In this document: positions 1 through 8,062 of the stretch, piece after piece | Layout: every line of letters starts with the position of its first letter | Position numbering within the stretch: position 1 is the first letter of the stretch | NCBI GenBank assembly: GCA_028279805.1 | Contig: JANQMZ010000007.1 | Coordinates: 821,279-853,278, forward strand | Length of the DNA: 32,000 nucleotides | Origin: an archaeon | GTDB lineage: Archaea > Iainarchaeota > Iainarchaeia > Iainarchaeales > JANQMZ01 | Direction of reading: 5' to 3' | Position numbers and translations under genes: made by a program | The notes under the pieces: model-generated | What the model saw: only the letters and a program-made list of their open reading frames with translations | Databases searched by the model: none | Told to the model about the DNA's origin: nothing

Positions 1-139
1 TAACCTGTTTTGCAAACTCCGGCTTGAATTCAATAAAACAAATTCTTGCCAATTCCTTTTTATCAGTTGTTAAATTATAACGCCCAGGAGTAATCAAATC
101 AGTGTTAATGTCTGAACCAAATTTCCAGGTTTTGCCCAT
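1..139 (-). CDS. Aconitase-family dehydratase small subunit (LeuD/HacB-like), N-terminal part only; the gene runs off the window
   Basis: Reverse complement of 1..139 reads [46 protein letters not shown]. This matches the WKFGDxIxTDxIxPxRY N-terminus typical of isopropylmalate/homoaconitate dehydratase small subunits. Its ATG (137..139) overlaps the TAA of the upstream large subunit (TAATG). Confidence 0.8.
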   Translation of the reverse strand, partial: MGKTWKFGSDINTDLITPGRYNLTTDKKELARICFIEFKPEFAKQV

Positions 140-1383
140 TATTTTTCCCTCCATTCAAGTTTTCCGCTTAAAGCAGTTAAAGCAGCAACATACGGGCTAA
201 CCAGATAAATTTCAGATTTTGGTGAACCCATTCTCCCCATATAATTCCTGTTCATTGTTGAAACACAAACATCGTTATCAGCTAAAATTCCCTGGTTTCT
301 GCCCAGACAAGGACCACAACTTGTATTCCCAATAACTGCTCCTGCCTGAGCCAAATCATTAATGATGCCTTCCTTTGTTGCCTGTTTTAAAACTTCCTGT
401 GAAGCAGGCGTTACAATAAAACGCATTCCTTCCTTGACATGTTTTCCCCTGACTATATCGGCAGCAATTCTCAAATCCTCTATCCTGCCATTGGTGCAGG
501 TGCCAATAAAAACCTGGTCAACTTTTGGCACGTTAACCTCACTAATATTTTTAACATTTGCAACATCCGGAGGCACCGCAACAACAGGCTCAATTTCATC
601 AGCATTAATTTCCAGTGTTTCAACAAATTCTGCGTCATCATCTGAAAAAATTTTCTCACCTTTAACTCCTGCCTTTTTTAAAAAATTTAAAGTTGTTTCA
701 TCGGCATTAATCAGACCTGTTTTTGCTCCTGCCTCAATTGCCATATTACTTAAAACAATTCTGTCAGACATGTCAAAATCTTTAATTGTCTGGCCATGAA
801 ATTCTAAAGCCCTGTAATTTGTTTTGATTTTTTTCTGTTTTAATTCTTTTATTATTGTTAACATTAAATCTTTGCTGAAAACCCCGGTCCTCAGCTTTCC
901 GGTAACATTAACTTTAATTGTTTCCGGAACGCGAAACCAGTTTTGGCCTGTTGCCCAGCCAACAGCAATATCAGTTGAACCCATACCCGTGCCAAAACAA
1001 CCGAATGCACCGTAAGTGCATGAATGGGAATCAGCCCCAATAACCACTTCGCCTGGCTTAATAAAGCCTTTTTCCGGCAGAATTTGATGGCAAATGCCTT
1101 GCCCATAAAACATTTCCACATTGTTTTTTTGCGCAAAATCAATTAACCTGCGGTGAATGTTTGCAACATTTTCGTTTGGGGCGGGAACTGCGTGATCAAA
1201 AACTATTACCATTTTATCTGAATATAATTTTTTTGTATTCATTTTTTCAAAAGCTTCTATAGCCAAAGCCGTTGTGGAATCATGTGACATTATTCTGTCC
1301 AACTCAACATTTACAATTTCCCCGGGTTTAACCGGTTTGCCTGCTTTTTTTGAAAAAATTTTTTCACTAATTGTTTGACCCAT
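139..1383 (-). CDS. 3-isopropylmalate / homoaconitate dehydratase large subunit (aconitase family, LeuC/HacA-like)
   Basis: 414 aa ORF. Aconitase-family signatures include [29 protein letters not shown] and NTSCGPCLG (Fe-S cluster cysteines). Overlaps both neighbouring genes, consistent with an operon. Confidence 0.9.
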   Translation of the reverse strand: MGQTISEKIFSKKAGKPVKPGEIVNVELDRIMSHDSTTALAIEAFEKMNTKKLYSDKMVIVFDHAVPAPNENVANIHRRLIDFAQKNNVEMFYGQGICHQILPEKGFIKPGEVVIGADSHSCTYGAFGCFGTGMGSTDIAVGWATGQNWFRVPETIKVNVTGKLRTGVFSKDLMLTIIKELKQKKIKTNYRALEFHGQTIKDFDMSDRIVLSNMAIEAGAKTGLINADETTLNFLKKAGVKGEKIFSDDDAEFVETLEINADEIEPVVAVPPDVANVKNISEVNVPKVDQVFIGTCTNGRIEDLRIAADIVRGKHVKEGMRFIVTPASQEVLKQATKEGIINDLAQAGAVIGNTSCGPCLGRNQGILADNDVCVSTMNRNYMGRMGSPKSEIYLVSPYVAALTALSGKLEWREK

Positions 1384-2731
1384 TTAACTCACTCATAATA
1401 ATTCTGGAATTTGTTTTTTTAACCTTTTTTATTGAATTAATTTTATCAATCAAATTATCCAGTTCTGAAACATTTTTTGTTTTAACAAAAGCCAAAATGT
1501 CATAATTGCCTGCAACTTCCAAAACTTTTTCAACAAAAGGCATTGACAATAATTCTTTTGACAATTTTTTGCTCGAGCTTGTCTGATTACTTTTAATTGA
1601 TATGACTGCCTTAATTTTTTTACCGGATTTTATTTCACCTGAACCGTTTTCCACTAAAGTAATTATGTCAGCATCTTTAACCCAGCGTTTTTTTGACTCT
1701 TTTAATTTTTGAAACACTTCCAAAAACTTTTTTTCATCCAGTTTTACTCCCAGTTCATTTAATTTGTTTTCAAAAGCTTTTTTTCCCGCAAACTGGTCAA
1801 CAACAATTGTTCTTTTTCTTGCAAATTTTTCAGGATTAATAACTTCATAACTTTCAGGATTTTTTAAAACAGCATTTGTATGCAAACCGGCTTTATGTGA
1901 AAAAGCATTCCTGCCAACAATCGGGGCGTTTCTTGCCAAACCCAGCCCTGAATATTTTCCAACCAATCTGCTTAACTCCGGCAAAACGCTGAAATTCCAC
2001 CCGTTTTGAGCATTATAAAGCGTATCCAAAGAAACAGCCAATTCAGCCAAAGGCGTAATTCCCGCTCTCTCTCCCAAACCATTCACAGTAACATCTGCCA
2101 GTTTTGCTCCAGCTTCAAATGCAGCCAAGCAATTTGCTGTTGCCAGCCCAAAATCATTATGGCAATGCACATTCAATTCAATTTTTGATTTTTGTAAAAT
2201 TTGTTCAACCAAAACTTTCATTTTTTCAGGAGTCATTGTTCCGACAGTATCAGCCAGACTAATCCTGTCAGCTTTGCTTTCCATTTCATTGCAAATTTTT
2301 ACAAAATAATCCAACTTCGTCCTAGTCCCATCTTCCGGAGTAAACCTGATTTTTAATCCATGTGATTTTGCATATTCAACAGCTTCCAATCCTTTTTCCA
2401 AAACCTGTTCTTTTGTCAAATTGTATTTTGTTTTAATTCCGATGTCCGATGTGCTGATAAAAATTCCGACCCAGTCACAATTGCAATCTAATACTGCATC
2501 AACATCTTGTTTTAGAGCACGCGCGTGTCCAAGAATTTGTGCATTTAATTTTAATGAACTTAATTTTTTTACCGATTCTTTTAATTGTTTTGAAACAAAT
2601 GGTTGCCCGGCCTCAATTACATTCACGCCAAATTTATCAAGCAAAGTGGCAATTTCAATTTTTTGTTTCTGGCTGAACAAAACTCCTCTAGTCAGTTCTC
2701 CCTCTCTTAAAGTTGAATCTAATAATTCCAT
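1367..2731 (-). CDS. Homocitrate / 2-isopropylmalate / citramalate synthase family enzyme with a C-terminal RAM (Lrp/AsnC ligand-binding-like) domain
   Basis: 454 aa. HMGL-like TIM-barrel motifs: DSTLREGE near the N-terminus and the metal site NVHCHNDFGLATAN. The last ~75 aa (PFVEKVLEVAGNYDILAFVKTKNVSELDNLIDKINSIKKVKKTNSRIIM) follow the RAM/ACT-like pattern rather than a LeuA_dimer regulatory domain. Confidence 0.8.
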   Translation of the reverse strand: MELLDSTLREGELTRGVLFSQKQKIEIATLLDKFGVNVIEAGQPFVSKQLKESVKKLSSLKLNAQILGHARALKQDVDAVLDCNCDWVGIFISTSDIGIKTKYNLTKEQVLEKGLEAVEYAKSHGLKIRFTPEDGTRTKLDYFVKICNEMESKADRISLADTVGTMTPEKMKVLVEQILQKSKIELNVHCHNDFGLATANCLAAFEAGAKLADVTVNGLGERAGITPLAELAVSLDTLYNAQNGWNFSVLPELSRLVGKYSGLGLARNAPIVGRNAFSHKAGLHTNAVLKNPESYEVINPEKFARKRTIVVDQFAGKKAFENKLNELGVKLDEKKFLEVFQKLKESKKRWVKDADIITLVENGSGEIKSGKKIKAVISIKSNQTSSSKKLSKELLSMPFVEKVLEVAGNYDILAFVKTKNVSELDNLIDKINSIKKVKKTNSRIIMSELNGSNN

Positions 2732-2976
2732 TATTTTTCACCTAATATTACTAATGATTCAACGTTTTTGACATCATCTATTGCTGAAACATTGTCAACA
2801 AAATTGTTGAAATGTTCTGTGTTCAAAAAACTGCCAATTAAAACTATATCCGTTTTTCCTGAAACTTCAAACACTTTTTGTGTTTCTTTAAATTCTTTCA
2901 GTCTTTCAACAACTGTTGCTGTGTTTTTGTTGCTTTCCACATCAATGTGTAAAAACGCTTCAATTTTCCCGCTCAT
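2731..2976 (-). CDS. Stand-alone RAM domain protein (Lrp/AsnC C-terminal ligand-binding domain without an HTH)
   Basis: 81 aa. IEAFLHIDVE...VFEVSGKTDIVLIGSFLNTEHFNNFVDNVSAIDDVKNVESLVIL matches the beta-alpha-beta-beta-alpha-beta RAM pattern (xGxxDhhh...GV..t.T). Its stop overlaps the start of the synthase gene by 1 nt. Confidence 0.6.
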   Translation of the reverse strand: MSGKIEAFLHIDVESNKNTATVVERLKEFKETQKVFEVSGKTDIVLIGSFLNTEHFNNFVDNVSAIDDVKNVESLVILGEK

Positions 2977-2997
2977 ATACTATAATCCCAGAAAAAG

Positions 2998-3006
2998 CTT
3001 TAAAAA
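2998..3006 (-). promoter_or_regulatory. TATA-like box for the RAM/synthase/dehydratase operon; implies a leaderless transcript
   Basis: The minus strand reads TTTTTAAAG, centred about 26 nt upstream of the ATG at 2976. Confidence 0.4.
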
Positions 3007-3018
3007 ACAAAATTAAAC

Positions 3019-3089
3019 GCGACTTCAGACCGCCCATCAATCTTCATCCTCTTGCGAGTCAGTTTCATCGTCAGGTCATCAAAAGCCGC
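3019..3089 (-). ncRNA. Candidate C/D box sRNA (71 nt)
   Basis: Minus strand: GCGGCUU-UUGAUGA(C)-13 nt-CUGA(D')-9 nt-GGAUGA(C')-15 nt-CUGA(D)-AGUCGC. The ends GCGGCUU/AAGUCGC form a 7-bp terminal stem with one G-U pair. A TATA-like box lies about 27 nt upstream. The element is intergenic and more GC-rich than its surroundings. Confidence 0.5.
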
Positions 3090-3110
3090 AATAATATTAT
3101 TGCAGTAAAA

Positions 3111-3120
3111 CTATTTAAAA
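3111..3120 (-). promoter_or_regulatory. TATA-like box upstream of the candidate C/D sRNA
   Basis: The minus strand reads TTTTAAATAG, centred about 27 nt upstream of the predicted sRNA 5' end at 3089. Confidence 0.4.
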
Positions 3121-3126
3121 GCAGGA

Positions 3127-3321
3127 TTAAGCTCTTCTTCTTTGTCTTTTTGCTCCGGGTGGCTTGTTTCCGCTCCAGCCGGTTACAACATTTCCTGTCA
3201 AATGCTTTGATGTAATAAAATTAATTCTTTCCCATGCGGTTGCAGGCCTGGTTCTTCCTTCTTCTACAACAAATAGCCGTGTTTTTCCGCCAACATTTTT
3301 TTCAACAAATTCTTTAACCAT
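3127..3321 (-). CDS. Hypothetical small basic protein (64 aa)
   Basis: ORF with a non-repetitive composition and a basic tail (KRQRRRA). No family recognised. It sits in an otherwise empty interval. Confidence 0.35.
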   Translation of the reverse strand: MVKEFVEKNVGGKTRLFVVEEGRTRPATAWERINFITSKHLTGNVVTGWSGNKPPGAKRQRRRA

Positions 3322-3412
3322 ACTAAAATAGTTTGTTTGAATATTTTTAATCTTTTACCTGTTTTTAGCCAAAAAAAGCTTTTTTAAGCATTTAATGCTT
3401 TTTTTTTGTTGA

Positions 3413-3589
3413 ATGGCTTCAAATGTTTCAAAAGAACTTTTAAACGTGTTAGCCTGTCCCAAATGCAAATCAGGTTTAAAGCATGATTCTGCTAAAAAAA
3501 GGCTTTTATGCAAGAAATGCTCAGTTTTTTATGAAATAAAACATGGAATTCCGCTTGCTTTGGAAGACAAAGCAAAAAAAATACCATAA
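3413..3589 (+). CDS. Trm112-like / UPF0434 zinc-ribbon protein (58 aa, below the ORF-track cutoff)
   Basis: Hand translation gives MASNVSKELLNVLACPKCKSGLKHDSAKKRLLCKKCSVFYEIKHGIPLALEDKAKKIP. The pattern LLxxLxCPxCKxxL...LxCxxCxxxYxIxxGIPxxL is the Trm112p/YcaR signature. Confidence 0.75.
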   Translation: MASNVSKELLNVLACPKCKSGLKHDSAKKRLLCKKCSVFYEIKHGIPLALEDKAKKIP

Positions 3590-3689
3590 ATCGTTCAAAT
3601 TTCACAACACTATGCCTTTAAATTCCCTCTGTCACACTATTTACTTATAAAATTCTTATTCTTATGATTAAAATTTTGGGGGTTTTTTT

Positions 3690-4064
3690 ATGACTGCAAA
3701 AAAAACAGAAAAATCAGAGAAAGCATCAGATGATGCGGAAATGGATGAATCAAAGTTACCCTTTCCTCGTGCCACAATTGTTAACATGGTTAGAAAAAAT
3801 TTGGATCAGAATAAACAAATCAAAGGCCGTGTTAAAGACGAAATGAACATTTGGCTTGGAAAACTTGTTGAAAAACTTTCCAAAAAAATGAATTCATATC
3901 CTTACACTTACGTTGACTACGGAATGTTTAAAGACGCAATAAGTGTTTATGAACAAATGGAAGAAATTGAGGATGAAAAAGAACGCATAATAAAATACTT
4001 AGACAAAATAAAAGCAGACTTGGAAATGTTAGAAAAAGAAGTTGACAAAAAATTCAAATTGTAA
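3690..4064 (+). CDS. Histone-fold protein with an acidic N-terminal tail and a C-terminal coiled-coil extension
   Basis: 124 aa. The core LPFPRATIVNMVRKNL-DQNKQIKG-RVKDEMNIWLGKLVEKLSKKMNS-YPYTYVDYG-MFKDAISVY aligns by eye with the alpha1-L1-alpha2-L2-alpha3 layout of archaeal histones and NF-Y (LPIAPIGRIIK...RVSDDA...). A possible SD (GGGGG) lies about 8 nt upstream. Confidence 0.6.
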   Translation: MTAKKTEKSEKASDDAEMDESKLPFPRATIVNMVRKNLDQNKQIKGRVKDEMNIWLGKLVEKLSKKMNSYPYTYVDYGMFKDAISVYEQMEEIEDEKERIIKYLDKIKADLEMLEKEVDKKFKL

Positions 4065-4095
4065 AATCAACTTTTTTTTCTCTTCTTTTAATGTG

Positions 4096-4110
4096 ATATT
4101 TGTTTTACTT
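4096..4110. repeat. Left copy of the 15-bp direct repeat ATATTTGTTTTACTT bracketing the 5-gene island
   Basis: Identical 15-mer at 9234..9248. The extended alignment 4091..4113 vs 9229..9251 is 20/23 identical. This copy spans the methyltransferase stop codon. Confidence 0.5.
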
Positions 4111-5220
4111 ATTCAAATGAACTATTCTTTCAATTTTAATTCCCTCTTGTTTGGAATTATTTAAAACTTTTTTGGAAACAGGAATTTTGTCAGTCATCAT
4201 ACCACTCACTTTAAAACCGCAGTCTTTTGCAAGACTACAAAACAGTTTTCCCATATTAATTATTTGTGGACCAGTCACTCTCTTATTTTTAACATCTCCC
4301 ACAACAACAAATGCATTTCCTCCGGGTTTCATTACTCTTTTTAATTCAACTAAAGTTTCTTTCATAAATTGCGAATAAACATTTAAAGAACCCGACTCCA
4401 TTAGTTTTGATTTAACTTCTTTGTAATCATATCCCAAGAACCAATGCCGAAGCCAATTATCATAAGCATATGTTTGTATATTGAGGTATGGGGGAGAAAA
4501 AAACGCCAAATCAACTGTGCAATCTTTTAATGAAATATCTCTTGAATCGCTATTTAAAGCACGTCCTTTATATTTTAAGTTGTTGTTAATTAATAGCTCT
4601 TCTCCTCTTTGCTTAAGTGCTTCAATAATATCTCTTCTTGGTCTTTTTAATCCATGCTTTTTTGCATATTTTTTGACATAGGTTGGAGACATAGAATAGG
4701 AATGGGAACAACGAAGCGAAAAGCTTTTTTGTGAATTTCCGTGTAAAAGCCCCAACGCAACCCCTTTTATAAAATTAGCTGATTTTGAGTTGTCTTCCTT
4801 TAAAATAGTCTTTAGTTCAATTAGTCTTTTCAAAGTGGTGGGATTGTAAAAAACTTTTACTTTGGGATCCACATTTTTTATTGATTTTATATAGCCCATT
4901 TTGTTTTCAATCTGGGTTAATTTTTTTTTATAGCTTGACAATTTTATGGGGTTCAATTTAGCATATGTTAAAATATGGGCTTCCGGAGAAACATCATTGC
5001 CTATAGATTTTCTATCAAGTAATGCTGCTTCTAAGGGCGCAGTTCCCTTTCCCGAAAAAATATCCAGGAAAACATCTCCCTTATTTGAATATTTTTCTAT
5101 AAAATATCTTGGCATGAGAGGCGGGAAAGAGCATATTCTAGAACACATTTTGTGTAAAGGATTTATGTCTCTCTTCTTCGATTTCCAGAAACTATTTTCT
5201 TCAAGTTTTATATCATACAT
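4105..5220 (-). CDS. DNA methyltransferase (N6-adenine or N4-cytosine type, SPPY catalytic motif)
   Basis: 371 aa. AdoMet motif I and flanks: PRYFIEKYSNKGDVFLDIFSGKGTAPLEAALLDRKSIGNDVSPEA near the N-terminus. Motif IV: DLAFFSPPY about 185 aa later, followed by LKRVMKPGGNAFVVVGD. Confidence 0.8.
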   Translation of the reverse strand: MYDIKLEENSFWKSKKRDINPLHKMCSRICSFPPLMPRYFIEKYSNKGDVFLDIFSGKGTAPLEAALLDRKSIGNDVSPEAHILTYAKLNPIKLSSYKKKLTQIENKMGYIKSIKNVDPKVKVFYNPTTLKRLIELKTILKEDNSKSANFIKGVALGLLHGNSQKSFSLRCSHSYSMSPTYVKKYAKKHGLKRPRRDIIEALKQRGEELLINNNLKYKGRALNSDSRDISLKDCTVDLAFFSPPYLNIQTYAYDNWLRHWFLGYDYKEVKSKLMESGSLNVYSQFMKETLVELKRVMKPGGNAFVVVGDVKNKRVTGPQIINMGKLFCSLAKDCGFKVSGMMTDKIPVSKKVLNNSKQEGIKIERIVHLNK

Positions 5221-5232
5221 TTTTTCGCCACT

Positions 5233-6225
5233 CTAAAATTTAATAGAAAGTTTCTTGGCTAAAGTTTTCATTTCTTTCATCAACTTGGTTATTATCTTTT
5301 TTTTCCTTTTATTATTTTTTATTTCATCTATTCTTTGTCTGCTAATGGCCTCGATTTTGTCTAAAAAATTCTGTGCTTCACGAATAAAAACATCTGACAT
5401 CTCTGGTTTATTGTTAAAAACTACCTCTTTCGCTTTTCCAAGAGTCCATTTTCCTTCAAAATATTTCTTTTGGGCTTTTTTATCTTTAAGAACTACTCGT
5501 GTCAGATCTCTAACATCCCTAGTTTCAAGATTATCTTCAGTTATTTTTTTAATTAATTTTTTATCTAATTTTTTATCTTTTTTTTTCGCTTTTAAATAGT
5601 CAGTTGATTTATTAATCTCATAATATTTGGTAAATTCTTTAGGATTAGAAATTTTGTTTTTTACCATAAAGTCAAACGTTTTTATGTAGTCCTGAATCTG
5701 TTTTTCAGGATAACGACTAACTTCTACTAATTCCTTAAAAGAAGCGCCTTCTCGTTTTCTTCTCTTAAACCAGACTGCAAGTTCATATGGCTCCCAATCT
5801 TTCTTTTGAATTATATGAACTCTTCCAAGTAAATAATCGATATCTGGCTGGGAAATTTTTTCTTTTATTACTTGGCATGGCACATTGGACCATTTTGTTT
5901 TTTCACTAGAAGTTTTAGCTTTTCTGTCAAGCTCCTTTAAAATACATAACCTAGTATTTCCCTCTAGCACTTTATTTTTGTAAACAATTAGTGGCTCATT
6001 AATTGCACCATCTGTTTCTATCACTTCCTTTAGTTTTCTTGTTGGTTCCGAATGTTTTTCCCAAAATAATTCTTCAATTTTTTTTTCAGTCAATGCACCT
6101 TTTTCTCTTTCAAGAATAGAAATTAATCTAGGATTCTCTTGGTAAAATTTTAGTTTCGATAACGGAACTTCTTTTATTTCTGTTTCAACTTTTTTATTTT
6201 TTCCAATTACAAGATATGATGACAT
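5233..6225 (-). CDS. ParB/Srx-fold (ParB N-terminal-like) protein, paralogue 2
   Basis: 330 aa. VPLSKLKFYQENPR ... INEPLIVYKNKVLEGNTRLCILKEL resembles ParB-like nuclease/NTPase domain boxes. Shares ENPR and EGNTRL with the 8062..9087 protein. The C-terminal half is lysine-rich and helical. Confidence 0.65.
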   Translation of the reverse strand: MSSYLVIGKNKKVETEIKEVPLSKLKFYQENPRLISILEREKGALTEKKIEELFWEKHSEPTRKLKEVIETDGAINEPLIVYKNKVLEGNTRLCILKELDRKAKTSSEKTKWSNVPCQVIKEKISQPDIDYLLGRVHIIQKKDWEPYELAVWFKRRKREGASFKELVEVSRYPEKQIQDYIKTFDFMVKNKISNPKEFTKYYEINKSTDYLKAKKKDKKLDKKLIKKITEDNLETRDVRDLTRVVLKDKKAQKKYFEGKWTLGKAKEVVFNNKPEMSDVFIREAQNFLDKIEAISRQRIDEIKNNKRKKKIITKLMKEMKTLAKKLSIKF

Positions 6226-6228
6226 GGT

Positions 6229-7653
6229 TTACCCCAGAAGTTCAACCAACTCTTCTTTAGATAATAAGTTTCCTTCTTTATAACTCGTAATGTCCCCCTG
6301 AATGTATTTTGCTATTTCTTCCTTCCTTTTGAGTAAATAATCAACATATTCATCAATTGTATCTTTTGCGACAAGTAAGTGAATAAAACAGTTTTTTTTT
6401 TGTGAAATTCTATGAATCCTATCCTGAGATTGCATAAAATCAACCAAATTAAAATTTCTATCCAAGTATATGGCGTTGCTTGCAGCAGTTAATGTTAGGC
6501 CCTCTCTAGCTGCAGCGGGGTTTGCCAGCAAAATTTTATATTCCGGGTAATTTTGAAATTTTTTAACTGAGGCATTTCTTTTTTCCATAGTCATTTTTCC
6601 ATAAATCATCACAGGATTAAATTTAGAATATCTTTTTCTAAGTATTGAAATGTTTTCAATGAAAGAGGTCCAAATAATAACTTTTTGTTTTTTCTTTGTC
6701 AAATTTAAAATTAATTGATCAAGAGCTTTAAATTTAGCAGGCACTTCATCATAAGCTTTGTCAATCAGATAAGGATTGCTTGTTATTTGAATCAATCTTA
6801 AAAGTTTTACAAAAATTTCTTCTGCTTTTAAAATAATTTCATTTCCGTTCAAGTCTTTTATTTCCAAAAACAATTTTTCTTTTAATCTTTTGTACATTTC
6901 CTTTTGATCTTTTTCTAAAATAACAGGAACGTTTATTATTTTCTTGCTAGGCAAATCCAATTCAGGAAGTTCTCCTTTGGTTCTACGCAACGATATTTTT
7001 TCAATTTTTTCTTTTAAGACTTTTAGTTTGCTTTGGTTAACTTCTTTTTTCAAATCAAAATCAAACTCTTTTTTAAATTTTTTAAAATCCTTTCCGAACG
7101 TTTTTCCATCATCCAAGAAAAAAAACTGCGCCCACAAGTCTATGGGTTTATTTGCTATGGGAGTTCCGCTAAGTATTATTTTTTTTCCCGGTAAGTTGGC
7201 TAATTTAAACAATTGAAGCGTTATTTTAGCTTCTGGATTTTTTATTTTGTGAGATTCATCAAGAACAAGAGCCATTTTTCTAATTTTAAGTAACTCTTCA
7301 ATCATTTTATTTTCTCTTATAAGAGATTCATAGCCAATAATATAAAAATAAGAAAATCCAAGCCCTTTCCTTTGCCTGGTTTTTCTGTTCCCGGTTATTT
7401 CAGTACAAGAGAGATTGCTATGTTTTTCTATTTCCTCTAACCAATTTTTAATTAATGTTTTTTTACATACAACTATTGCGCCATTTAGTTTTTTTTCTGC
7501 AAAGTTTTTACAAAGTGCATCAATAACAATTTTTGTTTTTCCTAGTCCCTGTTCATCAAAAAGAGATACAACATCCTCTTTTTCAACGAAATCAATTGCA
7601 ATGCTTTGATGCGCAAAAGGATTTGTTTTAATTTTAAATTTATTTTTTTTCAT
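6229..7653 (-). CDS. SNF2-family SF2 ATPase/translocase (minimal, 474 aa)
   Basis: Motifs I DEQGLGKT, Ia VVCKKTLIKNW, II LVLDESHKIKN, III LSGTPIANKPIDLW, V/VI AAREGLTLTAASNAIYLDRNFN...QSQDRIHRISQKK. Confidence 0.9.
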   Translation of the reverse strand: MKKNKFKIKTNPFAHQSIAIDFVEKEDVVSLFDEQGLGKTKIVIDALCKNFAEKKLNGAIVVCKKTLIKNWLEEIEKHSNLSCTEITGNRKTRQRKGLGFSYFYIIGYESLIRENKMIEELLKIRKMALVLDESHKIKNPEAKITLQLFKLANLPGKKIILSGTPIANKPIDLWAQFFFLDDGKTFGKDFKKFKKEFDFDLKKEVNQSKLKVLKEKIEKISLRRTKGELPELDLPSKKIINVPVILEKDQKEMYKRLKEKLFLEIKDLNGNEIILKAEEIFVKLLRLIQITSNPYLIDKAYDEVPAKFKALDQLILNLTKKKQKVIIWTSFIENISILRKRYSKFNPVMIYGKMTMEKRNASVKKFQNYPEYKILLANPAAAREGLTLTAASNAIYLDRNFNLVDFMQSQDRIHRISQKKNCFIHLLVAKDTIDEYVDYLLKRKEEIAKYIQGDITSYKEGNLLSKEELVELLG

Positions 7654-8062
7654 TTGGTAGCAACCTGTCTGGAATTTTTAATATGTCTATGTTTTTTCTA
7701 TCAAGCAAACCCTGCTGGCTTAATATTTTTTCCAATTTTTTTTCACAAGATAATGGTATGCCCACTATTAGCCTTATTGATTCACTGTCATTAATTTTTG
7801 ATTTTGAAAAGTCCAAAAGCTGCTCTTTTGTTCTTTTACTTGAAAGATCTTTTGAGGATTTAGCTTCCCCAATTATTAAATTTCCAGACTCGGGATCAAC
7901 ACCTACCACATCTGGTCGATGTCTAACTATTTTTGGAGGCATGTATAATTTCAAATCTGAAACGTCTTTTGGGTTGTCATCAAAGCAAACTACGTGATAT
8001 CCCTCATTTCTTATCTTTTTTGCGAGAAGGGTTGCTATAATTCTGTGAGTATTAGACGGCAT
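7640..8062 (-). CDS. Small PD-(D/E)xK-type nuclease-like protein
   Basis: 140 aa. HRPDVVGVDPESGNLIIGEAKSS fits the PD...(D/E)xK restriction-endonuclease-fold core (D in PDVVG, ExK in GEAK). Overlaps the SNF2 start by 14 nt and the upstream ParB-like stop by 1 nt. Confidence 0.55.
   Translation of the reverse strand: MPSNTHRIIATLLAKKIRNEGYHVVCFDDNPKDVSDLKLYMPPKIVRHRPDVVGVDPESGNLIIGEAKSSKDLSSKRTKEQLLDFSKSKINDSESIRLIVGIPLSCEKKLEKILSQQGLLDRKNIDILKIPDRLLPNEKK

Noticed and set aside
362-799. 145-aa plus-strand ORF antisense to the dehydratase large subunit
   Set aside because: It is a shadow ORF inside a well-supported aconitase-family CDS, with no recognisable motifs.
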